Source: Coriobacteriia bacterium
GTDB lineage: Bacteria > Actinomycetota > Coriobacteriia > Anaerosomatales > PALSA-660
Assembly (NCBI GenBank): GCA_030651905.1
Contig: JAUSBS010000017.1
Coordinates: forward strand, 2,932-66,931
Direction: 5' to 3'
DNA length: 64,000 bases
The position numbers and the translations under genes were made by a program. Numbering within the stretch: position 1 is the first letter of the stretch; every line of letters starts with the position of its first letter. Below are positions 49,293-61,772 of this stretch, one piece after another. The notes under the pieces are model-generated. The model was given only the letters and a program-made list of their open reading frames with translations. It did not search any database and had not been told where the DNA came from.

Positions 49293-49782
49293 TGAGGCTT
49301 CCCACCTCGGCGACGTAGCCCTCGACGAGCTTGCGGTGTTCCGCGTCCGAGAGCGACGAGCCGATGAGCTTGCCTGCCACGGCGACCGAAAGGTCGGCCA
49401 CCGACGCCTGGAGCTCAGCCATGGCCGCGCGCTTCTCGGCCTGGATCTCCTCGCGCGCTCTGACCAGGACCGCGGCGGCCTCTTCGTTGGCCTTCGCGAC
49501 TATGTCGTCCTTCATCGTCTCGGCGACCTTGCGGCCCTGCTCTATCACCTTGGCCGCCTCCTGGCGCGCCTCGGCCATGTGGACCTTGTACTCGTCGAGC
49601 AGTCTCTCAGCGTCGACGCGGGTCTGCTCGGCCTTCTCGAGAGACTCACGGATCGTGTCGGCGCGCTGGTCGAGCATCTTCGTGATCGGGGGGAAAGCGA
49701 ACTTCCACAGCAACACGAAGAGCACGGCGAACGCCACGAGGTTGACGTAGAGCTCTACGCCGAGCGGGATGATCTTCTCCAC
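49282..49782 (-). CDS. atpF: F0F1 ATP synthase subunit b
   Basis: GTG 49782 follows AAGGAGG. It encodes one TM helix (LYVNLVAFAVLFVLLWKFAFPPI) followed by a long charged helix. The track's 50001 start runs through atpE. Confidence 0.85.
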   Translation of the reverse strand: MEKIIPLGVELYVNLVAFAVLFVLLWKFAFPPITKMLDQRADTIRESLEKAEQTRVDAERLLDEYKVHMAEARQEAAKVIEQGRKVAETMKDDIVAKANEEAAAVLVRAREEIQAEKRAAMAELQASVADLSVAVAGKLIGSSLSDAEHRKLVEGYVAEVGSLNGN

Positions 49783-49822
49783 GCTGCTTCCTCCTTGTCG
49801 GATGTCCTCTACGGGGCCTTGG

Positions 49823-50104
<282 letters not shown>

Positions 50105-50150
50105 CTATGTGTGGCACGCCGCGAGGCGGCGGTTCGACCGAATGCGACTC

Positions 50151-50990
50151 CTAGTGCTCAGACGCGTGAAGCGCGCCGTTGATGTAGACCGCCGTGAGGA
50201 TCGAGAAGATGTAGGCCTGGAGAACGGCGACGAACAGCTCGAACGCGCGCAGGACGACCTGCATCACGAACGAGAGCGGCAGCACGATCAGGCCCACCGC
50301 CGTGAAGTGCTCGAGTGTGAGCGCACAGAAGATGGCGAACACGCCCAGCATGATGTGACCCGCGTACATGTTGGCGAAGAGTCGAACGCCGAGTGTGACC
50401 GGCCGAAGCGTGTGCGAGATGATCTCGAGCAGGAACATGAAGGGCTTGAGCCAGCCCGGTGTGCCGGACGGGATGAAGCTCTTGAGGTATCCCAGCGCGC
50501 CGTTCTTCTTGATGCCGATGGCGTTGTACACGAGAAAGACGATGATGCCCCACGTGAACGTGGTGCCCACGGTGCCGGTACCGGGCAGCGCGGGCGGGAC
50601 GTTTCCGAGCAGGTTGTTGAAGAGCACGAAGAAGAAGATGGTGCCGATGAAGGGGAAGTACTTCGCCCCTTCCGGACCCATGACGTCGATGCAGATGCTG
50701 TTGCGCACGAACTCCACGCCCGCCTCGGCGAGGTTGCCGATACCCTTGGGCACGAGGCTCGCCCGGCGCGCGCCGAGGATGAAGAACACCGCCACCAGCA
50801 GCACGGCGAGGATGAGCCAGAACGTGTAGTTCGTGAGCGTGAATGCCGCCAGGTTGAAGCTGTCGCCCGCGGCGAGCTTCTCCCCCTGCAGCGGCAGCAC
50901 GGAGAGCTCGTGCGTGAGCTTCCCGATGGCCGCGGTCAGCGGATCGGCGGCGGCGCCTTCGACGCCTGCGACAGGTACTGGTGCCGTCAC
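50151..50990 (-). CDS. atpB: F0F1 ATP synthase subunit a
   Basis: 279 aa. SHTLRPVTLGVRLFANMYAGH carries the conserved Arg motif. GTG 50990 follows GGGAGGGAG. Confidence 0.92.
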   Translation of the reverse strand: MTAPVPVAGVEGAAADPLTAAIGKLTHELSVLPLQGEKLAAGDSFNLAAFTLTNYTFWLILAVLLVAVFFILGARRASLVPKGIGNLAEAGVEFVRNSICIDVMGPEGAKYFPFIGTIFFFVLFNNLLGNVPPALPGTGTVGTTFTWGIIVFLVYNAIGIKKNGALGYLKSFIPSGTPGWLKPFMFLLEIISHTLRPVTLGVRLFANMYAGHIMLGVFAIFCALTLEHFTAVGLIVLPLSFVMQVVLRAFELFVAVLQAYIFSILTAVYINGALHASEH

Positions 50991-51007
50991 TTCTTCGATC
51001 TCCCTCC

Positions 51008-51448
51008 CTAGCTGGTGCGGGCGGAACGGCGCGCTGCGGACGAGGCCCTGAAGACCTCATACCCCAGCGTGCCGAGGAACGAGCTGACGAGCGCGATTCC
51101 GAACGGCACGAAGCCGGTGCCGCCGAACAAGAAGTATGTCCCCAACGCAGCGACCACTAGCAGCATCCGTGCCGAAGAGACGACCGCCAGCCTCGCGAGC
51201 CCGCCCGCCGGGTCCTCGGGGGTCACGAGACGAGCGCTCACGCGTGAGACCAGCAGGGAACCCACGCCCAGCGCCGCTCCCAACAGGACGGCGACGGCCG
51301 GATGCGCCAGCAGTGGCAGGACGGTGGCGTCAGGAGCGGCCAGCGGAGGTGGTCCTTCCCTCGTGAAGCGTCTGTCTCGTGTGCGCCGAGTGGCCAGCGC
51401 CACGTTGCGCGGGTTCCCGGGCGTGCGGACGCTCGACCATGAGGACAC
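51008..51448 (-). CDS. AtpI/AtpZ-like small membrane protein upstream of atpB (start uncertain)
   Basis: Two to three hydrophobic segments are present (LLAHPAVAVLLGAALGVGSLLV, MLLVVAALGTYFLFGGTGFVPFGIALV). The position is typical of atpI. Confidence 0.5.
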   Translation of the reverse strand: MSSWSSVRTPGNPRNVALATRRTRDRRFTREGPPPLAAPDATVLPLLAHPAVAVLLGAALGVGSLLVSRVSARLVTPEDPAGGLARLAVVSSARMLLVVAALGTYFLFGGTGFVPFGIALVSSFLGTLGYEVFRASSAARRSARTS

Positions 51449-51597
51449 GGACGCCCGCGCGAACGCGCGCGGGCGGCTCCGGCGATAACCCTCCCGATGC
51501 GTCCTCGGACCCGGGGGAGCCCTCGGAAGCGTGGCCAGTGTATACCCAAGCCGCGACGCCGGACAACCGCAGCGGATCGACGAGATCTGGTCCGGAG

Positions 51598-52701
51598 TCA
51601 GAAGCCTTCGTCGACCTCGGATGAGCGGTCGTCACCGTGCACACGGGCGGCGTCGAACAGCCCGAGGCGGCTGGCCATGAGCGCCGAGAGCGCGGCGAGC
51701 ACCACGAACACTCCCACCTTGAAGGCCGATGGGACGAAGCGCATCGAGTAGCCACCGGCGGCGAGCGCCGCCGACCAGACGTAGATGACGAGCACCGTCT
51801 GGCGATGGCTCAGGCCGCGGCGCAGCAGCCGATGGTGTATGTGGCCGTCGTCCGCCTCCTGGATAGGCCGCCCGTGCCGCGTCCTGCGGATGATCGCCGA
51901 GAGAGTGTCGAAGACAGGGACACCGATCACGAGGAGCGGCACGAGGAGCGTGATGGCGGCGACCGACTTCATGACACCTTGCAGCGCCAGTGTCGACAAG
52001 GTGAAGCCGAGGAACATCGCGCCCGAATCGCCCATGTGGATGGATGCGGGATGGAAGTTGTACCGGAGGAACCCGATGCACGCGCCGATGAGGGCTGCCG
52101 CCAGAACCGCCGCGGCAAGCTGGTTCATCTGCGCCGCCAGCACGAGGAACGACAGCGCGGCGATCGCGGTCACGCCGGCGGCCAGCCCGTCGAGGCCGTC
52201 GATCAGGTTGATGACGTTGGTGAAGCCGACTATCCAAGCCAGCGTCACAGGGATGCCGAGCAGCCCCAGCTGGATGAGCCCGCCGCCGAACGGGTTGCCC
52301 ACGTAGTCGACACGCAGACCGGCCGCCAGAGGCAATGACGCGGCGACGATCTGTCCCGCGAGCTTGACGCCGGGCGGGATCGGTCGCACGTCGTCCCACA
52401 GGCCCACCGCCATGATCACGATCATGCCCGCGAACGTGCCCGCGAGCGGCCAGCCGTCGCGAGCGAACACTGCCCCCCACCCGGCGAATCGCTCGCCGAG
52501 GTACTGCACGGTCATCGCGGCACAGAAGCCCCCGAAGATGGCGGCACCGCCGAGTCTTGAGACCTCGCGCGTGTGGACACGCCTGCCTCCCGGCGCATCC
52601 AGGAGGCCGAGGCGCGCGGACAGGCCGCGGACCAGCGGGGTGAGGGCGTACGTCACGGAAAACGCGATCGCGACGAGCCCGAGGTAGTGCCGCACGCTCA
52701 C
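51598..52701 (-). CDS. wecA: MraY/WecA-family undecaprenyl-phosphate N-acetylhexosamine-1-phosphate transferase
   Basis: GTG 52701 overlaps the upstream TGA (GTGA). The product starts [24 protein letters not shown]. Also present: [15 protein letters not shown] and [12 protein letters not shown]. Confidence 0.85.
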   Translation of the reverse strand: MSVRHYLGLVAIAFSVTYALTPLVRGLSARLGLLDAPGGRRVHTREVSRLGGAAIFGGFCAAMTVQYLGERFAGWGAVFARDGWPLAGTFAGMIVIMAVGLWDDVRPIPPGVKLAGQIVAASLPLAAGLRVDYVGNPFGGGLIQLGLLGIPVTLAWIVGFTNVINLIDGLDGLAAGVTAIAALSFLVLAAQMNQLAAAVLAAALIGACIGFLRYNFHPASIHMGDSGAMFLGFTLSTLALQGVMKSVAAITLLVPLLVIGVPVFDTLSAIIRRTRHGRPIQEADDGHIHHRLLRRGLSHRQTVLVIYVWSAALAAGGYSMRFVPSAFKVGVFVVLAALSALMASRLGLFDAARVHGDDRSSEVDEGF

Positions 52702-53183
52702 GACTGCTCGAAGTCCTCCTGCCCTGGCGCGTACCGTCGGCGGGACACGCCGGCCTCGGTCAGCATCTCCTCGGACAGTGGATCGGGATAGGGCTCGCGG
52801 AACACGATCTCGGAAACGCCCGCGTTGATGAGCATCTTCGCGCATTGGACGCACGGCTGGTGGGTCGTGTAGATCGTCGAGCCTTCGATGGCGACGCCGT
52901 GCAAGGCGGCCTGGATGATCGCGTTCTGCTCAGCGTGGATACCGCGGCACAGTTCATGGTTGGCGCCTGAGGCGATGCCGCGCTGTTCGCGAAGGCACCC
53001 GACCTCGGCGCAGTGGCGCAGACCGCGGGGTGTGCCGTTGTAACCCGTCGCGAGCATGCGCCGGTCCTTCACGATCACGGCGCCGCAATGCCGCCGCAGA
53101 CATGTCGAGCGCTGCGACACCTGCCCGGCGATGGTCATGAAGTACTCGTCCCAGGAGGGACGGTCGTGTGCCAGTCCTGTCAT
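52698..53183 (-). CDS. dCMP deaminase (ComEB/CDA family)
   Basis: Zn-binding motifs HAEQNAI and [13 protein letters not shown] are present. [18 protein letters not shown] lies near the N-terminus. Confidence 0.88.
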   Translation of the reverse strand: MTGLAHDRPSWDEYFMTIAGQVSQRSTCLRRHCGAVIVKDRRMLATGYNGTPRGLRHCAEVGCLREQRGIASGANHELCRGIHAEQNAIIQAALHGVAIEGSTIYTTHQPCVQCAKMLINAGVSEIVFREPYPDPLSEEMLTEAGVSRRRYAPGQEDFEQS

Positions 53184-53192
53184 CGGGCGTCC

Positions 53193-55144
<1,952 letters not shown>

Positions 55145-55202
55145 GTGCGGATGCCCCTTCGTTACGATGCTGTCATGGAGGATGCGGCAGCAGACCTGAA
55201 GG

Positions 55203-55652
55203 TCAGCCGCGCCCACCGTTCTCGATATCGGATATCTGCTCGATGCGTCGGCCGTGCCTGCCGCCCTCGAACGGCGTGGCGAGGAAGGTGTCGACTATCC
55301 GGGCGGCTGTCGCCTCGTCCGTGTAGCGCCCCGCGAGCGTGAGTACGTTCGCGTTGTTGTGGGCACGCGCCATCCGTGCGAACTCGGGGTCGGACACCTG
55401 CACGGCGCGGACGCCGTGCACCTTGTTCGCGGCGATCGCCATGCCGAGCCCGGTGCCGCAGACGAGGATCCCGAGATCGGCCTCGCCGGCCGCGACGACC
55501 CGCGCGACCCTGCCCGCGTAGACCGGGTAGTCCACCGAGTCCTGTGTCGCGGGCCCTTCGTCGAACACGTCGTGCCCCTGTGCGACGAGGTGGGCCTTGA
55601 CGGACTCCTTGAGCGCGAAGCCCGCGTGATCACTGCCGATCCGGATCCGCAT
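55203..55652 (-). CDS. rpiB: ribose-5-phosphate isomerase B
   Basis: ATG 55652 gives [16 protein letters not shown], and [15 protein letters not shown] is also present. Confidence 0.9.
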   Translation of the reverse strand: MRIRIGSDHAGFALKESVKAHLVAQGHDVFDEGPATQDSVDYPVYAGRVARVVAAGEADLGILVCGTGLGMAIAANKVHGVRAVQVSDPEFARMARAHNNANVLTLAGRYTDEATAARIVDTFLATPFEGGRHGRRIEQISDIENGGRG

Positions 55653-55653
55653 G

Positions 55654-56304
55654 CTAGGCGTCCAGTCCCTTCGCCGCGGCTTCGATGTCACCCGTGGAGA
55701 TCGCGCCTTCGCGCAGGACCTCCGGCGTGGGGCCGGTGCAGTCGACCACGGTGGACGCGACACCGTGGTGCGTTTCCCCGCCGTCGAGCGTCAGGTCGGC
55801 AGCATGGATGATCCGCGGCTCGAGTTCTTCGAATGAAGCGGCTGGCGGGTTGCCCGAGGTGTTCGCCGAGGTGGTGATGATCGGGCCGCCGGACGCGCGG
55901 ATGAGCTCCTGGACGACCTCGTGGTCGGGGCAACGCAATGCCACCGTGCCACGAGCGTCGCGGAAGTCCTTGCCGACCTTCTCCGACGCCTTCACGACCA
56001 GGGACAGCGGGCCGGGCCAGAACCGCTTTGCGAGGTTGTGCGCGTAGTCGGGCACCTCGACGCCGTAGACGTCGAGCGCCGATTCGGTCTCGACGAGCCA
56101 CGGGAGCGGCTTGCTCGCCGAACGCATCTTGATATCGATGATCTCCTGGGGGCCTATGCATGACGACGCCGCCGCGCCGATGCCGTACACGGTCTCGGTC
56201 GGGAACACCACGATCCCGCCGTCCCGCAGCACGTGGGCCGCCAGGTTGATGGCCTCCGCGGAGGGTGCCTCCGGATCGATATGGATGACCTTGCTCATCG
56301 TCAT
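55654..56304 (-). CDS. tsaC: L-threonylcarbamoyladenylate synthase (TsaC/Sua5/YwlC family)
   Basis: VVFPTETVYGIGAAA, WPGPLSLV and TSANTSG are present. Its ATG overlaps the prmC stop (ATGA). Confidence 0.88.
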   Translation of the reverse strand: MTMSKVIHIDPEAPSAEAINLAAHVLRDGGIVVFPTETVYGIGAAASSCIGPQEIIDIKMRSASKPLPWLVETESALDVYGVEVPDYAHNLAKRFWPGPLSLVVKASEKVGKDFRDARGTVALRCPDHEVVQELIRASGGPIITTSANTSGNPPAASFEELEPRIIHAADLTLDGGETHHGVASTVVDCTGPTPEVLREGAISTGDIEAAAKGLDA

Positions 56305-57179
56305 CAGTCCTTCCGTTTGCGTCCGGTAGCGACTCGGTCCCGTCCGGCGAGATCCCGGACGACCCTTGTTCCTTCATACCACGCCGCCATCACGTTTACA
56401 GCCTCTTGGGCCCTTGTCGTGTCCGTTTCGATGACGAGCGCGCCTTGCGCGACGAGCCAGCCCCCCGCGCCGTCGACGATGCGCCTCACCACGTCGAGGC
56501 CGTCGACCCCACCATCGAGCGCTACGCGCGGCTCGAAGCCGCCCACTTCCGAGGGCAGGTCGGCCAGATCGGCTGTGGGGATGTAGGGCGGGTTCGATGC
56601 CACGACGTGTACCGCGCCGCTCAGTTCGTCCGGTAGCGGCGCGAACAGATCCCCTGTCAGAACGGTGACGCGGTCGGCGACGCCGCAGCGTCCGGCGTTC
56701 TCCCGGGCCATGTCGGCAGTGGCGGGGACGATCTCCGTGGCGAACACTCGCGCATCTGGCCGCTCGTAGGCGATGGAGATCGCGATCGCGCCCGATCCCG
56801 CGCACAGGTCGATCACGATCGGCGCGGTCAACCCCTCGATCGCCGCGAGCACCTCGTCGACGAGCACCTCGGTCTCCGGGCGCGGGATGAACACACCGGG
56901 ACGCACCTTGAGAACGACATGGCGGAAGGGCATCTCGCCGGTGACGTACTGGAGCGGCTCGCCGGCCGCCCGGCGCTCGATGGACGCGCGATACGATGAC
57001 CGCTCCGACTCGGACAGTGGCCGGTCGAAATGGGCGTAGAGCTCGACGCGGGACAGCCCGGTGGCGGCCGAGAGAAGCCATTCGGCCGAGCGGCGCGGGT
57101 TGTCCACGCCGGTGCGCTCGAAGTACTCCGCCGTCCAGTCCAGCGCGTCGCGAACGGCCCAGACGCGCTCGGCGCCCAC
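56304..57179 (-). CDS. prmC: peptide chain release factor N5-glutamine methyltransferase
   Basis: VIDLCAGSGAIAIS is a SAM-binding motif, and VASNPPYIP carries the NPPY motif. Confidence 0.9.
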   Translation of the reverse strand: MGAERVWAVRDALDWTAEYFERTGVDNPRRSAEWLLSAATGLSRVELYAHFDRPLSESERSSYRASIERRAAGEPLQYVTGEMPFRHVVLKVRPGVFIPRPETEVLVDEVLAAIEGLTAPIVIDLCAGSGAIAISIAYERPDARVFATEIVPATADMARENAGRCGVADRVTVLTGDLFAPLPDELSGAVHVVASNPPYIPTADLADLPSEVGGFEPRVALDGGVDGLDVVRRIVDGAGGWLVAQGALVIETDTTRAQEAVNVMAAWYEGTRVVRDLAGRDRVATGRKRKD

Positions 57180-57180
57180 C

Positions 57181-58251
57181 CTACACGACCGCCTTCAGAC
57201 GCTCGGCGCGGTCGGCCGCGGCAAGCCCCTCGATCAGCGCGAATATGTCGCCGGCCATGACCGCCGGGATGTTGTGCACCGTGAGTCCGATGCGATGGTC
57301 CGTGATGCGATCCTGCGGGTAGTTGTACGTGCGGATCTTCTCGGCGCGGTCGCCGGAGCCGATCTGACTGCGACGCTGTGCTCCGAGCTCGGCTTGCTGC
57401 CGCTCGAGCTCCACCTCGTAGAGGCGCGCGCGAAGGACGCGCATCGCCGCCTCCTTGTTCTGCAGTTGCGACTTCTGGTTCTGCGACTGCACGACCGTGC
57501 CTGTAGGGAGGTGGGTGATGCGCACTGCGGAGTCGGTGGTGTTGACCGACTGGCCGCCGGGACCCGACGAGCGATACACGTCGATGCGCAGGTCGGAAGG
57601 GTTGACCTGGATCTCCACGTCGTCGGCCTCGGGCAGGACGGCGACGGTCGCGGTGGATGTGTGGATGCGGCCTTGTGCCTCGGTCGCGGGCACGCGCTGG
57701 ACACGGTGCACGCCCGACTCGAACTTCATCTTGCTGTAGACCTTGTCGCCACGGATACGGAAGGAGACGTCCTTGAAACCGCCGCCATCGGTCTCGGACG
57801 AATCGATCTCCTCGACCTTCCAGCGCTGCGACTCGGCGAACCGGGCGTACATGCGGTACAGGTCGCCGGCGGACAGCGCCGCCTCGTCGCCGCCCGCTCC
57901 CCCGCGGATCTCGATGATGATGTCCTTGTCGTCGTTCGGGTCACCCGGCAACATCATGACCTTGAGCTCGTCCTCGAGCTGCGGTAGGCGCTCCTCGAGT
58001 TCGCGGATCTCGTCGGCCACCATGTCGCGCATGTCTGGATCGGATTCGGCGCGCTGCATCTCCTTGGCGGACTCGAGGCCGTCGAGCGCGGTGACGTACT
58101 CGCCGGCCTTCTCAGCGAGCGGCTGGCGGGCGCGGTGCTCCTTGGCGAGGCGGCCGTATTCCTTCTGGTCCGCCAGCACGACAGGGTCCGCCATGCGGGT
58201 CCCAAGCTCCTCGTAGGAGCGCACTATGTCTTCGAGTTTCTCGCGGAGCAT
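57181..58251 (-). CDS. prfA: peptide chain release factor 1
   Basis: [24 protein letters not shown] carries the GGQ motif, and the PAT-type tripeptide [13 protein letters not shown] is present. Confidence 0.95.
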   Translation of the reverse strand: MLREKLEDIVRSYEELGTRMADPVVLADQKEYGRLAKEHRARQPLAEKAGEYVTALDGLESAKEMQRAESDPDMRDMVADEIRELEERLPQLEDELKVMMLPGDPNDDKDIIIEIRGGAGGDEAALSAGDLYRMYARFAESQRWKVEEIDSSETDGGGFKDVSFRIRGDKVYSKMKFESGVHRVQRVPATEAQGRIHTSTATVAVLPEADDVEIQVNPSDLRIDVYRSSGPGGQSVNTTDSAVRITHLPTGTVVQSQNQKSQLQNKEAAMRVLRARLYEVELERQQAELGAQRRSQIGSGDRAEKIRTYNYPQDRITDHRIGLTVHNIPAVMAGDIFALIEGLAAADRAERLKAVV

Positions 58252-58327
58252 GGGTGATTCCCCTACCTCATCTTCGGGCGCTTCCGGGCCCGGGCTTTCG
58301 CGCCGCTAAGGGTAGCACGCGAGAGCG

Positions 58328-58678
58328 CTAGCGTTTCAGGCCGAGCGACGCACGGAGCGCCTCATCCACGCGGGCCATGGTCGCCGCATCGAGAGTGGCC
58401 AGGCGACCGTCTTGCAGGCGGGACCTGTCGACCGTCCTCAGTTGCGCGCAATTGACGACGGACGCAGAGGCCAGCGCTGTCGCAGGCAGAGGAACCATGA
58501 ATGGATAGGGTCTTCTCGGCCTCGCCCGGGTGATCGCCGCCACGATCGTGGTGGGGCTGAACTCGTTGCCGGCGTCGTTTTGGACGACGAGTACCGGACG
58601 ACGACCTCCCTGTTCATGACCGACGACGGGATCCATCTCCGCCCAGTAGATCTCTCCGCGCACAGGGCTCGTCACCAC
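58328..58678 (-). CDS. MazF/PemK-family endoribonuclease toxin
   Basis: VRGEIYWAEMDPVVGHEQGGRRPVLVVQND is present. The start is GTG 58678 or 58675, overlapping the antitoxin stop by 7 or 4 nt. Confidence 0.8.
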   Translation of the reverse strand: MVTSPVRGEIYWAEMDPVVGHEQGGRRPVLVVQNDAGNEFSPTTIVAAITRARPRRPYPFMVPLPATALASASVVNCAQLRTVDRSRLQDGRLATLDAATMARVDEALRASLGLKR

Positions 58679-58923
58679 GGGTCGTCCTCCAGCCCATCCA
58701 AGAGCGTGAAGTCCCACTCCCGCGCCACTCTCAGGTTCTCATCCGCGAGTTCCCGGTAGCCCTCGACCATCAGCTCGTCGAAGCGCTTCTCCTTGTAGGT
58801 CTCCAGCGCCTCGACGAGCACATCGGTCTTCGTGGCTCCGGTCGCCGACGCCTCTTGCGCCAGGAACTCGTGCGCCCACTGCGGCAGGCGGAACTGGGCG
58901 GGCTTCGTGGTGTACTCCGTCAT
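58672..58923 (-). CDS. antitoxin, probable ribbon-helix-helix type
   Basis: 83 aa. QFRLPQWAHEFLAQEASATGATKTDVLVEALE fits a beta-strand plus two helices, and the tail is acidic. It is translationally coupled to the MazF-like gene. Confidence 0.7.
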   Translation of the reverse strand: MTEYTTKPAQFRLPQWAHEFLAQEASATGATKTDVLVEALETYKEKRFDELMVEGYRELADENLRVAREWDFTLLDGLEDDPW

Positions 58924-58934
58924 GACATCACCGC

Positions 58935-58967
58935 CATACGTCGTGTATGTACGTTGTGACCATACAC
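58935..58967 (-). promoter_or_regulatory. candidate operator upstream of the MazEF-like pair
   Basis: Three CATAC/GTATG half-sites are present: CATAC at 58935-39, GTGTATG at 58943-49 and CATACAC at 58961-67. They form 5-7-bp inverted repeats within 45 nt of the antitoxin ATG. Confidence 0.3.
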
Positions 58968-59008
58968 CCGCGGTCCGACACGATGCAACGAGGCGCGCCG
59001 GAGCCGCG

Positions 59009-59962
59009 CTAGGTGTTCGGCCACAGCGCCTTCAGCTCGCGGGCGACGATCTCTCCGTACACTGCATCCCCGGCCAGCCCTTCGAGCAGCTCGCGCGCCT
59101 GCTTCCGCACTGCGGAACGATGCGCGAGCACCGCGGGGCTCGGCTTCTTCGAGACGCCGATATCGGCGAGCAGCGCGTGCGCGAGGCTGTAGCGCATGAA
59201 GGCGTCCTTCGGCCGCTGCCCCAGCGCCCGTCGCGCCGTGACGACCGGCCGGCGCGCCAGCACCAGATCGATGCGCACGAGCGCCTCGGGGACACGCCCG
59301 TTGACCTCCTCGTCGGCCTTCGCGTATCTCCGCGCGTGCCACACCCGCCCATCGCGCGCCGCATCCGCAGTGCGCGGTGAGAGGCCTTCGAGCCCGCCGG
59401 CCACGGTCGTGTGCACGAGGTCGGCAAGCGCCCTCGATGCGGCGCCGAGATCCAGCGGCGACTCCTCGAGCGCTCGCAGCAGTGCGGGGCCGTCCGGGTT
59501 GAGGTCCACGGTGCGCAGGATGTGCTGGTAGCTGGAGTGGTGGATCGTGAGTTCGGGGATCCGCCGTCCGTCGATGCGGAAGAACTCCGTGATCAGCTGG
59601 TCGGTCCCGGGGACCTGCATCAAGGTGATCGGATGCGTCCACACCCTGCTGATGTCCGACCACGCCATCGCGAACGGCTCTTTCCCGGGCATGTCGACGA
59701 CGAGCCCGTCTTCCGAGACGACAGCTGTTCGCAGCGTCCATGCGCGCACACCCGGAGTGAACGAGATGATCGCGGGCAGGCAGACCACGCCGATCGTGAG
59801 GATGACGCCCACAGCCGGGACGATGCGCAGAGCACCCATGGAGCTGGAGGAGAGGATGTACGCACACACCACGACGAGCGGGACGACCACGATCCACGGG
59901 ACGAGTGGCGCCCAGTGAGCGTCACCGGGCGTGGTCAGTCGGTACGGTCCGGACTCCTCCAT
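59009..59962 (-). CDS. hypothetical membrane protein (two N-terminal TM helices plus soluble domain)
   Basis: ATG 59962 gives MEESGPYRLTTPGDAHWAPLVPWIVVVPLVVVCAYIL...ALRIVPAVGVILTIGVVCLPAII, followed by about 240 aa with no recognisable motif. Confidence 0.55.
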   Translation of the reverse strand: MEESGPYRLTTPGDAHWAPLVPWIVVVPLVVVCAYILSSSSMGALRIVPAVGVILTIGVVCLPAIISFTPGVRAWTLRTAVVSEDGLVVDMPGKEPFAMAWSDISRVWTHPITLMQVPGTDQLITEFFRIDGRRIPELTIHHSSYQHILRTVDLNPDGPALLRALEESPLDLGAASRALADLVHTTVAGGLEGLSPRTADAARDGRVWHARRYAKADEEVNGRVPEALVRIDLVLARRPVVTARRALGQRPKDAFMRYSLAHALLADIGVSKKPSPAVLAHRSAVRKQARELLEGLAGDAVYGEIVARELKALWPNT

Positions 59963-59996
59963 CTGCGGCGACCCCCCAGTCACGGCCTGCGTGCTC

Positions 59997-61010
59997 CTAG
60001 TCGAACGCCGGCTCCGCGGGCGGACCGGCATCGGCCGCCTCGCGCGCCTCACGGTCGATGACAGCCTGCATCGCCGCCACGGCGACCTCGATCATGTCAT
60101 CGTCCGGCGGGCGAGTCGTCATGCGCTGCAACTGCATGCCCGGCCACAGAAGGACCTTCACGAGCGGGCTGTCGGCGTGCGAGCCCGCCCACTTCACCGT
60201 CACTTCGTAGGCCAGACCGGCCACCAGCGGCAACAGCACTATGCGCAGCGCGATGTTGAACAGCACGACGAGCGGCCCGGCGGTCACACCCCACGCAGCG
60301 AGGATCGCCTTGCCCGGGACGAGCGAGAAGACCACGATCGCGATGACCATCACCATCAGCAGGAACGCGGTGCCGCATCTCACGTGCAGCGTCCCGAACC
60401 GCTGGATCGCCTCGGTCTCGAGCGGCACACCCTGCTCGTACGCGTGGATGCACTTGTGCTCGGCACCGTGGTAGGCGAACACGCGACGGATGTCCGGCAT
60501 GAGCCCGACAGCCGCGATGTAGATGAAGAAGACGAGCAAGCGAAGCACGCCGTCCACGACGTTCCACGTGACCGGGCGCGCGGTCGACGGTCCGACCGCA
60601 AGGTTGGTGAGCAGCGCGGGCAGCACGATGAACAGACCCACCGACAGGGCGATCCCGAGCACCATCGTCAGGCCGATCTCGCCCTTCGTAAGCGTGGGCG
60701 CGGGCTCGTCGGGCGGCACGTCTTCGGCCACGCCGGGAGGTGATGCGTACTCCGCCGAGATCGAGAACGCCTTGAGCGACAGTGCGAGCGTCTCGTACAT
60801 CGCCCATACGCCGCGCGTGACCGGCCACTTCTTCCAGCCGGTCTTCTTCCCACCCGGCAGATCGTGCTCCTCGACGTGGATCGAGCCGTCGGCGGTGCGG
60901 ACAGCGACGGCCCAGTTGATCTTGCCGCGCATCATCACGCCTTCGATGAGCGCCTGACCGCCGATATGCGTGTGCTTCGCGTGGCCCGCCGCGGGCGCGC
61001 GGTCACTCAC
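59997..61010 (-). CDS. DUF1385-type membrane protein (family assignment from memory)
   Basis: HIGGQALIEGVMMRG lies at the N-terminus, followed by HGAEHKCIHAYE and several TM segments. It overlaps the thyX stop by 8 nt. Confidence 0.8.
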   Translation of the reverse strand: MSDRAPAAGHAKHTHIGGQALIEGVMMRGKINWAVAVRTADGSIHVEEHDLPGGKKTGWKKWPVTRGVWAMYETLALSLKAFSISAEYASPPGVAEDVPPDEPAPTLTKGEIGLTMVLGIALSVGLFIVLPALLTNLAVGPSTARPVTWNVVDGVLRLLVFFIYIAAVGLMPDIRRVFAYHGAEHKCIHAYEQGVPLETEAIQRFGTLHVRCGTAFLLMVMVIAIVVFSLVPGKAILAAWGVTAGPLVVLFNIALRIVLLPLVAGLAYEVTVKWAGSHADSPLVKVLLWPGMQLQRMTTRPPDDDMIEVAVAAMQAVIDREAREAADAGPPAEPAFD

Positions 61011-61683
61011 GTCTGGGCGCCTTCGGGTACGGATCGCCGCACGTCATCTTCCCCTCGTTGCAGGGTCCGCGGCGACACGCCGCGCCCGCATCCATGAACA
61101 CATATGGTGCACTCGGCTCGGCCAGCGCCAGCATCTCGAGCGCCGCCTCGCGGATCTCCCACTGCGCGCGCTTGCAGCAGCGCAGTTCGAAGAAGTGCAG
61201 CAGTTCGCGCACGTTCATGGTCACGACGATCTTGGTCTCCGTCGCGTTCGGCAGAAGATAGCGCGCGTCCTCGGCCTTCACACCGGCGTCGATGAGCGAC
61301 CGGTACGCCAGGAACGCGTCACCGCAGGCCTGGAGGAACAACTGCCGCGCTTCCGGATCCGCATCCACCTCGGGAGGCATGATGAACGATGGATCGTCGT
61401 AGGAGACGTAGCGCTGGGACTGCTGGTTGTAGCTGGCGAGGCGATGCCGCACCAGCTGATGGGTCATCGCCCGCGAGACGCCGTCGATAGCGAACGTGTA
61501 GCTCGCGTGCTCGAGGGTGGAGGTGTGGCCGGAGGTTATGACGGTCCTGAGCACCTTGCGCACGGCATCTTCGGACATCGTCTCCATGAGCTCGGCCGCA
61601 CCGACCGGCGCGTAGCACAACCGCGCTGCCGCGGCGATGGCGCGCTCGGGGTCGGGCGTGTGGTAGAGGAGACGGACATCCAT
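61003..61683 (-). CDS. thyX: FAD-dependent thymidylate synthase
   Basis: ATG 61683 gives MDVRLLYHTPDPE. The ThyX motif QLVRHRLASYNQQSQRY is present. The track's 516-aa ORF is a run-on through rpmE in another frame. Confidence 0.9.
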   Translation of the reverse strand: MDVRLLYHTPDPERAIAAAARLCYAPVGAAELMETMSEDAVRKVLRTVITSGHTSTLEHASYTFAIDGVSRAMTHQLVRHRLASYNQQSQRYVSYDDPSFIMPPEVDADPEARQLFLQACGDAFLAYRSLIDAGVKAEDARYLLPNATETKIVVTMNVRELLHFFELRCCKRAQWEIREAALEMLALAEPSAPYVFMDAGAACRRGPCNEGKMTCGDPYPKAPRRE

Positions 61684-61772
61684 GGCCTGGTGATACCTCG
61701 CGGGTTCAAAGAGAAGGGAGGCGGCGCCCTCGCGGGACAGCCGCCTCCCCATCATACCAACGTTTGCGGGTG

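Noticed and set aside
47280-49295. 671-aa plus-strand ORF
   Set aside because: It is antisense to atpA and atpH and has the same compositional artefact.
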